This document shows, in pieces, positions 53,933-64,000 of a stretch of 64,000 nucleotides of DNA; the stretch's first letter is position 1; every line of letters begins with the position of its first letter. The stretch lies in assembly GCA_934476315.1 (NCBI GenBank), contig CAKSNQ010000002.1, forward strand, positions 4,943 through 68,942. The letters are read 5' to 3'. Source of the DNA: an uncultured Eubacteriales bacterium. Lineage in GTDB: Bacteria; Bacillota; Clostridia; Oscillospirales; CAG-272. Under the pieces are notes generated by a model. It saw only the letters and a program-made list of their open reading frames with translations. It did not search any database and was not told where the DNA came from. Both the position numbers and the translations under genes were made by a program.

Positions 53933-54865
53933 TCAATCGCCGAACAGCGGCGTGGACAGGTAACGGTCGCCCGTGTCCGGCAGGAGCACCACGATCGTCT
54001 TTCCCGCGTTTTCGGGGCGTTTTGCCACCTGAATTGCGGCAAAGGTCGCCGCGCCCGCCGAAATTCCGACCAGGATTCCCTCACGTCTGCCGATCAGCTT
54101 GCCCGTGGCGAATGCGTCCTCGTTGCCCACGGGAATAATTTCATCGTAAATGTGCGTATCCAGCACCTCGGGGACAAATCCCGCGCCGATGCCCTGAATC
54201 TTATGCGATCCCGCGACGCCCGTGGAAAGCACCGCTGACGTGGCAGGCTCCACCGCGACCACGCGGACAGCGGGGTTCTTTTCCTTGAGGTATCTGCCAA
54301 CGCCGGTAATGGTGCCGCCCGTGCCGACCCCCGCAACGAACACATCGACCTTGCCGTCGGTGTCCTCCCAGATTTCCGGTCCGGTCGTGGTGTAATGCGC
54401 CATCGGGTTGGCGGGGTTGACGAACTGCCCGGGAATGAAGCTGTCCGGAATCTGCGCCGCCAGCTCGTTCGCCTTCTCGATCGCGCCCTTCATGCCCTTC
54501 GCGCCGTCGGAAAGCACCAGCTCCGCGCCGTACGCTTTCATGAGTTGACGGCGTTCCACCGACATGGTTTCCGGCATGACGATGATGACGCGGTAGCCGC
54601 GCGCGGCGGCAACCGAGCACAGCCCGATGCCCGTATTTCCGCTGGTCGGTTCGATGATCGTCGAATGTGCGTTGAGCTTTCCCGTCCGCTCTGCCTCATC
54701 GAGCATAGCGCGCGCGACACGGTCCTTGACCGAGCCGGCGGGGTTCAGCCCCTCCACCTTGCCGAGAAGCGTCGCCTGCAAGCCGAACTCCTTTTCCAGG
54801 TGTGTCAGGCGGAGCAGCGGTGTTTTGCCGATCATTTCGTCGGCTGACTGATAAATGTGTGCCAT
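53933..54865 (-). CDS. cysK: cysteine synthase A (O-acetylserine sulfhydrylase)
   Basis: [27 protein letters not shown]. Confidence 0.95.
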   Translation of the reverse strand: MAHIYQSADEMIGKTPLLRLTHLEKEFGLQATLLGKVEGLNPAGSVKDRVARAMLDEAERTGKLNAHSTIIEPTSGNTGIGLCSVAAARGYRVIIVMPETMSVERRQLMKAYGAELVLSDGAKGMKGAIEKANELAAQIPDSFIPGQFVNPANPMAHYTTTGPEIWEDTDGKVDVFVAGVGTGGTITGVGRYLKEKNPAVRVVAVEPATSAVLSTGVAGSHKIQGIGAGFVPEVLDTHIYDEIIPVGNEDAFATGKLIGRREGILVGISAGAATFAAIQVAKRPENAGKTIVVLLPDTGDRYLSTPLFGD

Positions 54866-54918
54866 AAGAGTCTCTCCTTTGGATTGCCATTGGCGTATTG
54901 CCTACTGATTTCATAGGC

Positions 54919-54947
54919 ATTATACCACCGATTGCCTACCTTGTCAA
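54919..54947 (-). promoter_or_regulatory. consensus promoter of the cysK-nifS-nifU-Rrf2 operon
   Basis: Minus strand: TTGACA (54942-54947), 17-nt spacer, TATAAT (54919-54924). Confidence 0.75.
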
Positions 54948-54965
54948 TAGGTAATTCAAAAAAGG

Positions 54966-55000
54966 CAAAAAAATTCCGGGAACCGCGAGGATTCCCGGAA
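54966..55000 (-). terminator. intrinsic terminator of the P-type ATPase gene
   Basis: Minus strand: ttccggg-N13-cccggaa followed by ttttttt. Confidence 0.75.
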
Positions 55001-55012
55001 AATGCAAAACAA

Positions 55013-57628
55013 TCAGTGGTGATGTCGGATCAGTCCGAACGCCTTGGAGCACTCCATGACCACGACCGGAACGAGGCAAAGTCCCACGCCCGCGGCATAC
55101 AGATACCACGGCAGGATTTCCAGTCCGAACGGGATACGGAGCGGTGTGAACATGACCAGCGCCATGAGTGCGAGCGAGACGAGCGCGGCGCGGTTGAGCG
55201 TGCGGTTGGTGAACACGCCGATGCGGAACAGCGAATGCTCCGAGCGCATATTGAACGACTGCACGATCTGCGAGCAGGCGAGAACCATGAAGGCGAGCGT
55301 CCGACCCGAAGCCAGCGTTTCCTCGTGGATTCCGCCACCGATCACGAACGCCGCGATGGTCAACGCGCCGAACATCACGCCCTGCAAAATGGTCCGCAGA
55401 CCGAAGCCGTGCGCGAACAGTCCCTCGCTTCTGGGCTTCGGCTTGTAATCCATCACGTCCTTTTCCACGGCTTCCATACCGAGCGCCACGGCGGGCAGAC
55501 CGTCGGTGACGAGGTTGACCCACAAAAGCTGCATGGACAGGCAGGGCGACACATGCCAGATCAGCATGGTGAAGAAGACGGAGAGCACCTCGCCGATGTT
55601 GGTACCCAGCAGGAAGCCGACCACCTTTTTGATGTTGGCGTAAATGCCTCTTCCCTCGCGCACCGCGTCCACGATGGTCGCGAAGTTATCGTCGGTCAGC
55701 GTCATATCCGCCGCGCCCTTGGCAACGTCGGTTCCCGTGATGCCCATGGCGCAACCGATGTCCGCAGCCTTGAGCGCGGGCGCGTCGTTTACGCCGTCGC
55801 CCGTCATGGAGACGACCTCACCGCGCCGCTGCCATGCCTTGACGATGCGGATCTTATTCTCGGGCGAGACCCGCGCGTACACCGCGATGTGCGCGACGCG
55901 CCCGTCCAGCTCTTCATCGGACATGGCATCCAGTTCGGCGCCCGTGATCGCCTCGTCGCCGTCCTGCAAAATGCCCAGCTCCCGCGCGATGGCGGAGGCG
56001 GTAATGACATGGTCGCCCGTAATCATGACCGGCTTGATTCCCGCGCGGCGGCAGACCGCGACGGCTTCCTTCGCCTCGGGACGGGGCGGGTCGATCATGC
56101 CGAGCAGACCCAGCATGGTCAGCCCGGTTTCCAGCGTGGCGGAATCCGGGTTCTCCGGCAGGGTATCGATCTCCTTATAAGCAACCGCGAGGACGCGCAG
56201 GGCGTCTCCGCTCATTTCCTCACACACGCGGCGCGCCGCCTCGACGTCGCCCGCGATACAGCGCGACGTCAGCACATCAAACGCGCCCTTGACGATAACA
56301 AGCGTCTTTCCGTCCACGCGGTTGACCGAGGTCATGAGCTTGCGGTCGGAGTCAAACGGCAGCTCTGCCAGGCGCGGGGACGCTCCGTTCAGCGCGTCCT
56401 TTTCCATGCCGTTCTTATGGGCGGCAACGAGAATTGCCGTTTCCGTGGGGTCGCCGATGTGCTTCTCGCCCTCCTCGGAAAAGACCACGGCGCCGTCACA
56501 GCACAGCGTAGCGTAATGAAGCAGGCGGCGAACCGCCTCGCTGTTTTCATTGCCGATCTGCTCGGTCTCCCCGCCGTCGCACCAGGCGCGGACGAGCGTC
56601 ATGCGGTTCTGCGTGAGTGTTCCGGTCTTATCCGAGCAGATGACCGAGGCACTGCCGAGCGTTTCCACGGCGGGCAGGCGACGGATGATGGCGTTCTTTT
56701 TGACCATGCGCTGAACGCCGATGGACAGCACGATGGTAACGATGGCGGGAAGTCCCTCGGGGATGGCGGACACGGCGAGCGAAACCGCCGTCATGAAAAT
56801 GTCCATGACCTCAATACCGGAAATCAGTCCGACGACAAAGACCACGGCGCACGCGGCAAGCGCGATGATGCCGAGGTATTTTCCGAGCTGTGCGAGCTTC
56901 GCCTGGAGCGGCGTCTGCGTATCGCCCGCGCTGTCCAGAAGTCCCGCGATCTTGCCCATTTCGGTATCCATTCCCGTGGCGCACACAACCGCCGTCGCCG
57001 TTCCGTAGGTAACGCTGCACCCCGAATACACCATATTCACACGGTCGCCGAGCGGCGATTTTTCCTCCACTGCGGCAGATGCGTCCTTCTCCGACGGGAC
57101 GGATTCACCGGTCAGCGCCGACTCCTCACATTTCAGTCCCGCACTGCGCAGAAGGCGGGCGTCGGCGGGCACGAAATCCCCTGCCTCCAGCCGGATGATA
57201 TCGCCCGGAACCAGTTCGGACGCCGCGATCACGGTTTCCTTGCCGTCACGGATGACGCGGGCGTGCGGCGCCGACATGGACTGAAGCGCATCCAGCGCCT
57301 TTTCCGCGCGGCTCTCCTGCATGACGCCCATGATCGCGTTGATAATCACGATGGCGAGGATCAGAAGCGGCTCGAAAAATCCGCCCTTCTCCCCCTCGAC
57401 GCAGGCGATGACGAACGACACAATCGCCGCCGCAATCAGAATCAGGATCATCACATCCTTGAACTGGTCGATGAAGCGGCGGAACATGGATTTCTTCTTT
57501 TTTTCACGGAGGCGGTTGGCGCCGAATTTCTCCGTGCGTTCGGCGACCTGTGCCGCGTTCAGACCGGTCTCCTCGCGGCTCTCCCAGTGAGCGAGTACTT
57601 CTTCCTTGGTTTGATTGAAAAACGTCAA
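55013..57628 (-). CDS. P-type cation (Ca2+-type) transporting ATPase
   Basis: 871 aa; [28 protein letters not shown]. Confidence 0.9.
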   Translation of the reverse strand: MTFFNQTKEEVLAHWESREETGLNAAQVAERTEKFGANRLREKKKKSMFRRFIDQFKDVMILILIAAAIVSFVIACVEGEKGGFFEPLLILAIVIINAIMGVMQESRAEKALDALQSMSAPHARVIRDGKETVIAASELVPGDIIRLEAGDFVPADARLLRSAGLKCEESALTGESVPSEKDASAAVEEKSPLGDRVNMVYSGCSVTYGTATAVVCATGMDTEMGKIAGLLDSAGDTQTPLQAKLAQLGKYLGIIALAACAVVFVVGLISGIEVMDIFMTAVSLAVSAIPEGLPAIVTIVLSIGVQRMVKKNAIIRRLPAVETLGSASVICSDKTGTLTQNRMTLVRAWCDGGETEQIGNENSEAVRRLLHYATLCCDGAVVFSEEGEKHIGDPTETAILVAAHKNGMEKDALNGASPRLAELPFDSDRKLMTSVNRVDGKTLVIVKGAFDVLTSRCIAGDVEAARRVCEEMSGDALRVLAVAYKEIDTLPENPDSATLETGLTMLGLLGMIDPPRPEAKEAVAVCRRAGIKPVMITGDHVITASAIARELGILQDGDEAITGAELDAMSDEELDGRVAHIAVYARVSPENKIRIVKAWQRRGEVVSMTGDGVNDAPALKAADIGCAMGITGTDVAKGAADMTLTDDNFATIVDAVREGRGIYANIKKVVGFLLGTNIGEVLSVFFTMLIWHVSPCLSMQLLWVNLVTDGLPAVALGMEAVEKDVMDYKPKPRSEGLFAHGFGLRTILQGVMFGALTIAAFVIGGGIHEETLASGRTLAFMVLACSQIVQSFNMRSEHSLFRIGVFTNRTLNRAALVSLALMALVMFTPLRIPFGLEILPWYLYAAGVGLCLVPVVVMECSKAFGLIRHHH

Positions 57629-57664
57629 GTGGATTTCCTCCCATTCGTACGGTTATATGATGAT

Positions 57665-57693
57665 ATTATAACGTGTTCCCGCCACTTTGTCAA
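57665..57693 (-). promoter_or_regulatory. consensus promoter of the P-type ATPase gene
   Basis: Minus strand: TTGACA (57688-57693), 17 nt, TATAAT (57665-57670). Confidence 0.7.
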
Positions 57694-57754
57694 TAGTTTT
57701 TCGAACTTTTTATTGCATTATTATGAAAATGTTTTGCGGTCATCTGAACGCGTA

Positions 57755-58417
57755 TCAGAGAAGAATCTGTCCGTTGACACTGAGGCGGAACTGCAGTCCC
57801 AGCCGTTCTGCCGCGCGGCGGCACAAAATCATGCGGTTCATGAAGATTTCGAAAAATTCCATGACCGACCCGCGGGCGGTATCCAGCGTCAGCGACAGGT
57901 GTACCATGGTATGGGAATCGTTGAGCATCAGCTCCGCCGAGGTGACGGAATCGTTGACGCGGTCATGGATGTCGAAGCTGGCGGGGTCGGGGTTACGCAC
58001 ACGGGTGCGGCGGACGTCCGATTTATCCGCCAGAATCAGTGCCGCCGCCAGTGCGCTGACGGGGACGCCGGTGCCCTCGTCGTGGTTTCCGATGGCGGTG
58101 ACGACCTCGGCGATCTCGTCGGGCGGAAAATTCAGTCGGTCCATCAGGCGGAACGCGATAACCGCCCCGCTCTGCGAGTGATCGACGCGGTTGACGAGGT
58201 TGCCGATGTCGTGCAGATAGCCCGCGATGCGCGAAAGCTCGACGACGCGTGCGGGGTAGCCGAGGTCCTCCAAGAGCTTCCCCGCCGTTTCCGCCACGCG
58301 CGTCACGTGGGCAAAGCTGTGCTCGGTGTAGCCCAGCGCCGCCAGCGATTCGTCCGCCTTGCGGATATAGGTACGCACTGCTTCATTTTGTTTGATCTGT
58401 TCATACGTTACGCTCAT
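57755..58417 (-). CDS. HD-domain phosphohydrolase
   Basis: 220 aa; HSFAHV...GYLHDIGN...GNHDE. Confidence 0.8.
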   Translation of the reverse strand: MSVTYEQIKQNEAVRTYIRKADESLAALGYTEHSFAHVTRVAETAGKLLEDLGYPARVVELSRIAGYLHDIGNLVNRVDHSQSGAVIAFRLMDRLNFPPDEIAEVVTAIGNHDEGTGVPVSALAAALILADKSDVRRTRVRNPDPASFDIHDRVNDSVTSAELMLNDSHTMVHLSLTLDTARGSVMEFFEIFMNRMILCRRAAERLGLQFRLSVNGQILL

Positions 58418-58521
58418 ACTTCCGATCCTCTCCCGTTGATTGATCTGTTTTTCTTGTTACGAAAGGTGGGAAAGACCGCCGCGACGACGCCGTCCGGAGA
58501 ATCTTTCCCACACGAATCGAA

Positions 58522-60027
58522 TTATTTGATAGGCGCGCTCTTTTCCTTCTGGAGGACGTCATGCGCGCCGCCCTCGACGATGCTCGTCGCCGAAACCAGT
58601 GTCAGCACCGCGCGCTCCTGAAGCTCCGGAATGGTCAGGGCGCCGCAGTTGCACATGGTGGATTTGACCTTTGCCAGCGACATGGCGACGTTATCCTTGA
58701 GGCTTCCGGCGTAGGGGACGTACGAGTCCACGCCCTCCTCGAACGACAGCTTCTTGTCGCCGCCCAGATCGTAGCGCTGCCAGTTGCGGGCGCGTGCCGA
58801 GCCTTCGCCCCAGTATTCTTTATAATATGTACCGCCGATGCTGACCTTGTTGGAGGGGCTTTCGTCAAAGCGGGCGAAGTAGCGTCCCAGCATGACGAAG
58901 TCCGCGCCCATGGCGAGTGCCAGCGTGATATGGTGGTCGTAGACGATGCCGCCGTCCGAGCAGACGGGAACGTAAATGCCCGTTTCCTCAAAGTAGCGGT
59001 CACGCTCGCGGCACACGTCAATCAGCGCGGTTGCCTGCCCGCGCCCAATGCCCTTGGTCTCACGCGTGATACAGATGGAGCCGCCGCCGATGCCGACCTT
59101 GATGAAGTCCGCGCCGCAATCGGCAAGGAACCGGAAGCCCGCGGCGTCCACCACATTGCCCGCGCCGACCTTGACCGTCTCGCCGTAATTTTCACGGATC
59201 CATGCGATGGTGCGCTTCTGCCACTCGGAGAAGCCCTCGGAGGAGTCGATGCACAGCACGTCCGCGCCCGCCGCGATCAGTGCCGGGACGCGCTCGGCGT
59301 AGTCGCGCGTGTTGATGCCCGCGCCGACGACGTACCGCTTGGAGGCGTCCAGCAGCTCGTTGGGGTTCTGCTTATGGGTGTCGTAGTCCTTGCGGAAGAC
59401 GAGGTAGCACAGGTGGTCGTTCTCATCGACGATGGGCAGGGAGTTGAGCTTATTATCCCAGATAATATCGTTGGCAACCTTCAGGGTGGTTCCCTCCCGC
59501 GCGAGGATGAGCCGTTCAAACGGCGTCATAAAGGAGGAGACCGGGGTATTGGGGTCCATGCGGCTGACACGGTAATCGCGCCCTGTCACGATGCCGAGCA
59601 GCTTGCCGTTCGGCTTGCCGTCGTCCGTGACCGCCATGGTGGAGTGTCCCGTTTTTTCCTTGAGCGCGACGACGTCGGCGAGCGTGGCGTCGGGGCGGAT
59701 GTTGGAGTCGCTGACGACGAACCCCGCCTTGTGATCCTTGGCACGCTTGACCATCGCCGCCTCATCCTCGATGCTCTGCGAACCGTAGATGAAGGACACG
59801 CCGCCCTCCGTCGCCAGCGCCACCGCGAGGCGGTCGCCCGAGACGGACTGCATGATGGCGGAGACCATCGGAATATTCATCATGATCGGAGATGTCTCGC
59901 CGCGGCGGAAGCGGACAAGCGGCGTCCGGAGACTGACGTTGGCGGGGATACATTCCGAGGAGGAATAGCCGGGGATCAGCAGATATTCGTTGAAGGTATG
60001 TGCGGGTTCCTGAATAAAAGTTGCCAT
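58522..60027 (-). CDS. guaB: IMP dehydrogenase family protein with CBS pair
   Basis: 501 aa; [21 protein letters not shown] catalytic loop, GRYFA... Confidence 0.8.
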   Translation of the reverse strand: MATFIQEPAHTFNEYLLIPGYSSSECIPANVSLRTPLVRFRRGETSPIMMNIPMVSAIMQSVSGDRLAVALATEGGVSFIYGSQSIEDEAAMVKRAKDHKAGFVVSDSNIRPDATLADVVALKEKTGHSTMAVTDDGKPNGKLLGIVTGRDYRVSRMDPNTPVSSFMTPFERLILAREGTTLKVANDIIWDNKLNSLPIVDENDHLCYLVFRKDYDTHKQNPNELLDASKRYVVGAGINTRDYAERVPALIAAGADVLCIDSSEGFSEWQKRTIAWIRENYGETVKVGAGNVVDAAGFRFLADCGADFIKVGIGGGSICITRETKGIGRGQATALIDVCRERDRYFEETGIYVPVCSDGGIVYDHHITLALAMGADFVMLGRYFARFDESPSNKVSIGGTYYKEYWGEGSARARNWQRYDLGGDKKLSFEEGVDSYVPYAGSLKDNVAMSLAKVKSTMCNCGALTIPELQERAVLTLVSATSIVEGGAHDVLQKEKSAPIK

Positions 60028-60140
60028 ATTGATTCTCCGATCCTGTAATTTTATCTATTCTATCACGGCATGCCGTTTTTGTCAATGGAGTGTCGCGGAG
60101 AATTGCAATTTTTCCGAAAAAAGCGGATACTGTCGCGGCG

Positions 60141-60761
60141 TCAGGTATTTTTGATGACGATGTGGGCGATGACGTCTGCGGCGTGCTCGCACAGGTCACA
60201 GCACTGCTCCAGATTATCGTAGATCGCCTTGTCGCAAAGCAGGGTCCGCGCGTCCGCCTCGCCCGAGAACAGTGCATGGACCGCCTCGATGTAGCAGGCG
60301 TCGGCTTCGCTTTCCGCCGTGTTGACCTCGATCAGCTCGCCACGCAGCTTTCCCGGTTTTTTGAAGTTATGCAGTTCCCCGCAGGCGGAAAGGAGTGCGC
60401 CCACGCAACGCTTGACCAGCGCGCACATGTCGAGCGCGTGCGGCGGGACGCGCTTGGCACAGAACATATAGAAATTGATGACCACCTCGTCGAGCGCGTC
60501 CGTAATGTCGTCCACGATCTGCACAAGCTGGAGAATATCCTCCCGGTCGATGGGCGTGATAAACTCCGCGAGCAGGCGCGTGAGAATATCGTGGTGCAGC
60601 TCGTCCGCCCGGTGCTCCAGGGCGTGCATCTGCTCGCAGTAGTCGCCGATGCTCTCCTGTGTCACGTTGCCGAGGATCTCCTCCAGGAGCGCGGCGGCGC
60701 GGACACAGTAGCCGACCTGCTCTTCCAGCATTTTGAAATAGTTGTTGTCTTTTCTTTCCAT
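60141..60761 (-). CDS. DUF47/PhoU-like phosphate-transport regulator
   Basis: 206 aa, helical; directly downstream of PiT. Confidence 0.7.
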   Translation of the reverse strand: MERKDNNYFKMLEEQVGYCVRAAALLEEILGNVTQESIGDYCEQMHALEHRADELHHDILTRLLAEFITPIDREDILQLVQIVDDITDALDEVVINFYMFCAKRVPPHALDMCALVKRCVGALLSACGELHNFKKPGKLRGELIEVNTAESEADACYIEAVHALFSGEADARTLLCDKAIYDNLEQCCDLCEHAADVIAHIVIKNT

Positions 60762-60791
60762 ATTCAGTCCTCCGAAATTTTTATCGTCGTT

Positions 60792-61841
60792 TTAGGCAAA
60801 CAACGCAAGGAACAGCTTTGCCATCAGATAGCCGAGGATGCCGCACCCCGGAAATGTAAAGACCCACGTCAGAATCAGGTCCTTGACCACCGCCCAGTTG
60901 ACGTTGCTCAGGCGTTTTGCCGCGCCAACGCCCATGATTGCCGTGGTTTTGGTATGCGTCGTGCTCACGGGAATGCCCGTGAGCGAGGAGAGCAGCAGGC
61001 ACAGCGTCGCGGAAAAGTCGGCGGCAAAGCCTTGGTAGGGCTTGAGCTTGACCATGTCCATACCCACCGATTTGATAATACGGTAGCCGCCGATTGAGGT
61101 GCCCAGACCCATGACGGCAGAGCACAGAATCATCAGCCAAATGGGGACGGCAAAGCTGATCGTATGCGTCTGACCGCCCGACAGCGCGGCGCCCAGAAGG
61201 AAGACCGCCATGAATTTCTGCCCGTCCTGCGCGCCGTGCATGAACGCCATGGCGGCGCCTCCGACGACCTGCGAGCGCGAAAAAAAGATGTCGCACCGCA
61301 TGCGGTTCCGGTGGCGGAACAGGAGCACGATCAGCTTGGAGGTGACAAAACCGATGGCAAAGCCGAGGAGCGTGGAGAGCACCAGCCCATAGAGCACCTT
61401 GCCCCACTCACCGCCGTTGATGCCGCCGAAGTTGCCGTGGATCGCCACCGCCGCACCGGAAAGTCCCGCGATGAGCGCGTGGCTCTCGCTGGTCGGGATG
61501 CCGAAGTACCACGCGGCGGTCGCCCAGATGACGATTGCCGCCATTGCCGCGCAGAGAGCGATGAGCGCCGCGTGCGCGTCCTCGCCGAAATCCACCATAT
61601 TATATATGGTCATCGCGACCGAGGCGTTGAGCGAGGTCATGACCAGCACGCCGAGGAAGTTGAACACCGCCGCCATCAGGATAGCTTTCCGCACGCCGAT
61701 GGCGCGGGTGGACACGCAGGTCGCGATGGCATTGGGCGCGTCCGTCCAGCCGTTGACCAGGATGACGCCCAGTGTGAGCAGGGACGCCACGAGCAGCATC
61801 GGACTCTGGACGACCTGCCCCAAAAATTCTGTCATTGACAT
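60792..61841 (-). CDS. inorganic phosphate transporter (PiT family)
   Basis: NGWTDAPNAIAT and a second HGAQDGQK repeat. Start trimmed to MSMTEFLGQ after GAAGAGGA. Confidence 0.85.
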   Translation of the reverse strand: MSMTEFLGQVVQSPMLLVASLLTLGVILVNGWTDAPNAIATCVSTRAIGVRKAILMAAVFNFLGVLVMTSLNASVAMTIYNMVDFGEDAHAALIALCAAMAAIVIWATAAWYFGIPTSESHALIAGLSGAAVAIHGNFGGINGGEWGKVLYGLVLSTLLGFAIGFVTSKLIVLLFRHRNRMRCDIFFSRSQVVGGAAMAFMHGAQDGQKFMAVFLLGAALSGGQTHTISFAVPIWLMILCSAVMGLGTSIGGYRIIKSVGMDMVKLKPYQGFAADFSATLCLLLSSLTGIPVSTTHTKTTAIMGVGAAKRLSNVNWAVVKDLILTWVFTFPGCGILGYLMAKLFLALFA

Positions 61842-61857
61842 AAAAGATCCTCTTCTT

Positions 61858-62709
61858 TCAGATTTCGGTATCGGGGGACGCTGCGATCTCCCAAAGACGC
61901 CCCTCAAAACGCAGACCGTACCAGTGTTTATCCATCACGGGAACGGTATCTGCGATGCAGTGCGACACGAACGTTACCGCCCTGTGCGCCGCCCGCGCAA
62001 AGGGGACGCCGCGCGCCAGATTGCCGAACAGCGCCCCGGCGAGGACATCCCCCGTTCCGTGGAAATGACGGTCAACAAAAGGGGTGGACGCGGTAAAGGT
62101 CGCGCCCTTTGCGTCCATGCCGACCACGCCGATGGTCGCGTCGTCAAAGCGCACGCCCGTCAGCAAAATATTTTTCGCGCCCAGCGCATGCAGTGCCGCA
62201 AGGAGGCTCCCGGCGCGCGCCCGGTCGTATCGCTCCCCCGTATACGGAACCCCGGCAAGCAGGCACGCCTCCGTGAGGTTGGGTGTGATGTAATCCGCAT
62301 CGCGGCACAGCGAACGCATGGCAGAGACATAGGTCTCGTCGTATATGGAATAGAGCTGTCCGTTGTCACCCATGACGGGGTCAATGAACCGCAGCGCGCC
62401 CGGCACCAGCACTTCTTCGCACGCACGCTCCAGAAGCTGTATCTGCTCGCGCGACCCGAAATATCCGGTGCACAGATAGTCAAACTGCACGCCGAGCGCG
62501 CGGAAGTGCGCAAGAATCTTCCCCATCTCCTCCGTCAGGTCCAGAAAGGTAAAGCCCCGGAACCCGCCGGTATGCGTGGACAGCAGTGCCGTCGGCAGAA
62601 CGACCGTTTCCAGTCCCGCGGCGGAGAGCAGTGGCAACATCACCGTATTGGAGCACTGCCCGAGGCAGGAAATATCCTGCACAGACAAAATTTTCGCGGA
62701 ATCCTCCAT
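61858..62709 (-). CDS. pdxK: pyridoxal/pyridoxamine kinase
   Basis: 283 aa; ILSVQDISCLGQCS..., DPVMGDNG, HGTGDVLAG. Confidence 0.85.
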   Translation of the reverse strand: MEDSAKILSVQDISCLGQCSNTVMLPLLSAAGLETVVLPTALLSTHTGGFRGFTFLDLTEEMGKILAHFRALGVQFDYLCTGYFGSREQIQLLERACEEVLVPGALRFIDPVMGDNGQLYSIYDETYVSAMRSLCRDADYITPNLTEACLLAGVPYTGERYDRARAGSLLAALHALGAKNILLTGVRFDDATIGVVGMDAKGATFTASTPFVDRHFHGTGDVLAGALFGNLARGVPFARAAHRAVTFVSHCIADTVPVMDKHWYGLRFEGRLWEIAASPDTEI

Positions 62710-62899
62710 TTAGTCAAAGCTCCTTCACCTTCACCATTCTCGGGAATCATTGGCAAATTTCAAGCAAAGCCAACTTTCACCTATTATAACATTACCATAC
62801 AAAATCCCGTTTGTCAAGAGTAAAAAATGATTTTTTTTGACTTTTAAGTTGATTTTAGCTTGGTGCGCTACACTGTTCTCAGACAAGGAGGACACCACC

Positions 62900-63649
62900 A
62901 TGGCAAAAGCAACACAATACTGCTTCCGTCGGTACGAAATGAAATATTTTCTCACGCCGATGCAGTACCGCACCCTGACCGACGCGCTCTCGCCGCATAT
63001 GCAACCCGATGAGTATGAATACAGCGCCATCGGCAACATTTATTATGACACCGAGGACTGGTATCTCATACGCGCCTCGATCGAAAAACCCATCTACAAA
63101 CAAAAGCTGCGACTCCGCGCGTACGGCATGCCGGGCAACGCCGACACCGTGTTCGCAGAGCTGAAAAAGAAATACGACGGCGTGGTCTACAAACGGCGGG
63201 TATCCCTCCCGGCGGGGCAGGCGAACACCCTGCTCCTCCCCGGCGCTCCCGCTCTGCCCGACGGACAGATTTCCCGTGAAATCCGCTACTTCTGCGGCTT
63301 GTACCGTCCCCGTCCGCGCGTGTTCATCGGCTACGACCGCCGCTCGCTGGTCGGACGGAACGCCCCCGATCTGCGCGTGACCTTTGACACCAATCTGCGC
63401 TATCGCACCGACGCGCTCGACCTGCGCGCGGGAGCGTACGGTTACCCGCTCCTCCCGGACGACCGCATCCTCATGGAGCTCAAAATCCCAGGCGTCTGCC
63501 CGCTCCGACTCGCCCGTCTGCTCTCTGAGCTGGAGATCCGCCCGACGTCTTTCTCCAAATTCGGCGCGTTCTACCGCGCCGTCGTCCACGGACAGGGCGA
63601 GCGCACTCTTCCCTATTCTGACATAAAGGAGGCACAAACCAGTGCTTAA
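62900..63649 (+). CDS. VTC-domain (CYTH-like, polyphosphate-polymerase-type) protein
   Basis: Start MAKATQYCFRRYEMKYFLT after AAGGAGG; ...IYYDT...KLRLRAYG...VFAELKKKY. Confidence 0.75.
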   Translation: MAKATQYCFRRYEMKYFLTPMQYRTLTDALSPHMQPDEYEYSAIGNIYYDTEDWYLIRASIEKPIYKQKLRLRAYGMPGNADTVFAELKKKYDGVVYKRRVSLPAGQANTLLLPGAPALPDGQISREIRYFCGLYRPRPRVFIGYDRRSLVGRNAPDLRVTFDTNLRYRTDALDLRAGAYGYPLLPDDRILMELKIPGVCPLRLARLLSELEIRPTSFSKFGAFYRAVVHGQGERTLPYSDIKEAQTSA

Positions 63650-64000
63650 TTCCATTCTCGGCACAGAGACCACTCTGTCTGCCTTTCTGATCTGCACCGC
63701 TGTCTCGCTTGTGCTCGGCGTCGCCGCAGCTCTGCTCCACATGTACAAAAACCGCACCTCTCCCTCGTTTGCGGTCACGCTCGCCATTCTCCCCGCCATC
63801 GTGCAGATCATTATTTTCCTGGTGAACGGCAACATCGGCGCGGGTGTGGCAGTCGCGGGCGCCTTCAGTCTGATACGGTTCCGCTCCGCCCCCGGAAACG
63901 CCCGGGAGATCGGCTCCATCTTTATCTGCATGGCGATCGGTCTTGCCACCGGCATGGGATACGTCGCGCTCGCCGCGCTGTTCTTCGTTATTGTCGCCGC
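63642..64000 (+). CDS. DUF4956-family membrane protein (partial, runs off the window)
   Basis: GTG start after AAGGAGG, overlapping the VTC stop. ...GAGVAVAGAFSLIRFRSAPGNAREIGSIFICMAIGLATGMG. Confidence 0.65.
   Translation, partial: MLNSILGTETTLSAFLICTAVSLVLGVAAALLHMYKNRTSPSFAVTLAILPAIVQIIIFLVNGNIGAGVAVAGAFSLIRFRSAPGNAREIGSIFICMAIGLATGMGYVALAALFFVIVA

Noticed and set aside
54932-58621. 1229-aa + strand ORF, the longest in this part of the window.
   Set aside because: It runs antisense across the P-type ATPase, the HD protein and into IMPDH, crossing promoters and intergenic regions. Its R/H/D/G-rich sequence is typical of GC-driven spurious frames.

Overview
This 64-kb window comes from a high-GC, spore-forming Clostridia-type chromosome. 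That placement is inferred from yabP-yabQ-divIC, a spoVB-like gene, cdaA and hemZ-dtd-rel-recJ synteny. No searches or computations were run; everything is from reading the sequence and the ORF track.

The flanks are ordinary, mostly minus-strand housekeeping.
- Left flank: partial nrdD with NrdR boxes, a large secreted glycosidase-like lipoprotein, smpB, the yab cluster, hup, mazG, mtaD, hemZ, dtd, rel, recJ, cdaA and an acyl-CoA synthetase.
- Right flank: ftsH, a cysK-nifS-nifU-Rrf2 operon, a P-type Ca-ATPase, IMPDH, PiT/DUF47, pdxK and VTC/DUF4956.

The centre (26016-46431) is a 20.4-kb element integrated into the 3' end of tRNA-Leu(GAG) and bounded by 161-bp direct repeats.
- Lysogeny side: a tyrosine integrase split by a frameshift in an A8 run, an AT-rich gene, and a CI/LexA-type S24 repressor. 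The repressor faces a Cro-like gene across a consensus promoter with operators.
- Replication: a CRESS-DNA-virus-type module, namely a HUH + SF3-helicase Rep preceded by a stem-loop carrying the nonanucleotide TAGTATTAC and GTTAAG iterons.
- Late genes: I recognise no terminase, portal, capsid, tail or lysis genes. Instead there is a co-directional block of membrane-anchored or secreted proteins, one of them with about 9 Cys/His modules behind a Gly/Thr linker. A 33-aa TM peptide and an 841-aa polytopic P-loop NTPase with Zot/pI-like motifs follow.
- Right end: 1.36 kb of non-coding DNA with about 4.3 pyrimidine-rich tandem repeats of about 136 bp, twin 26-bp palindromes and a three-tier hairpin.

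My leading interpretation is a temperate ssDNA element, either inovirus-like or pleomorphic. A TraB/FtsK-type transfer element is the alternative.

Outside the element, the most curious item is an orphan structured region of about 320 nt downstream of smpB, where a tmRNA gene often sits in other genomes but none is recognisable.
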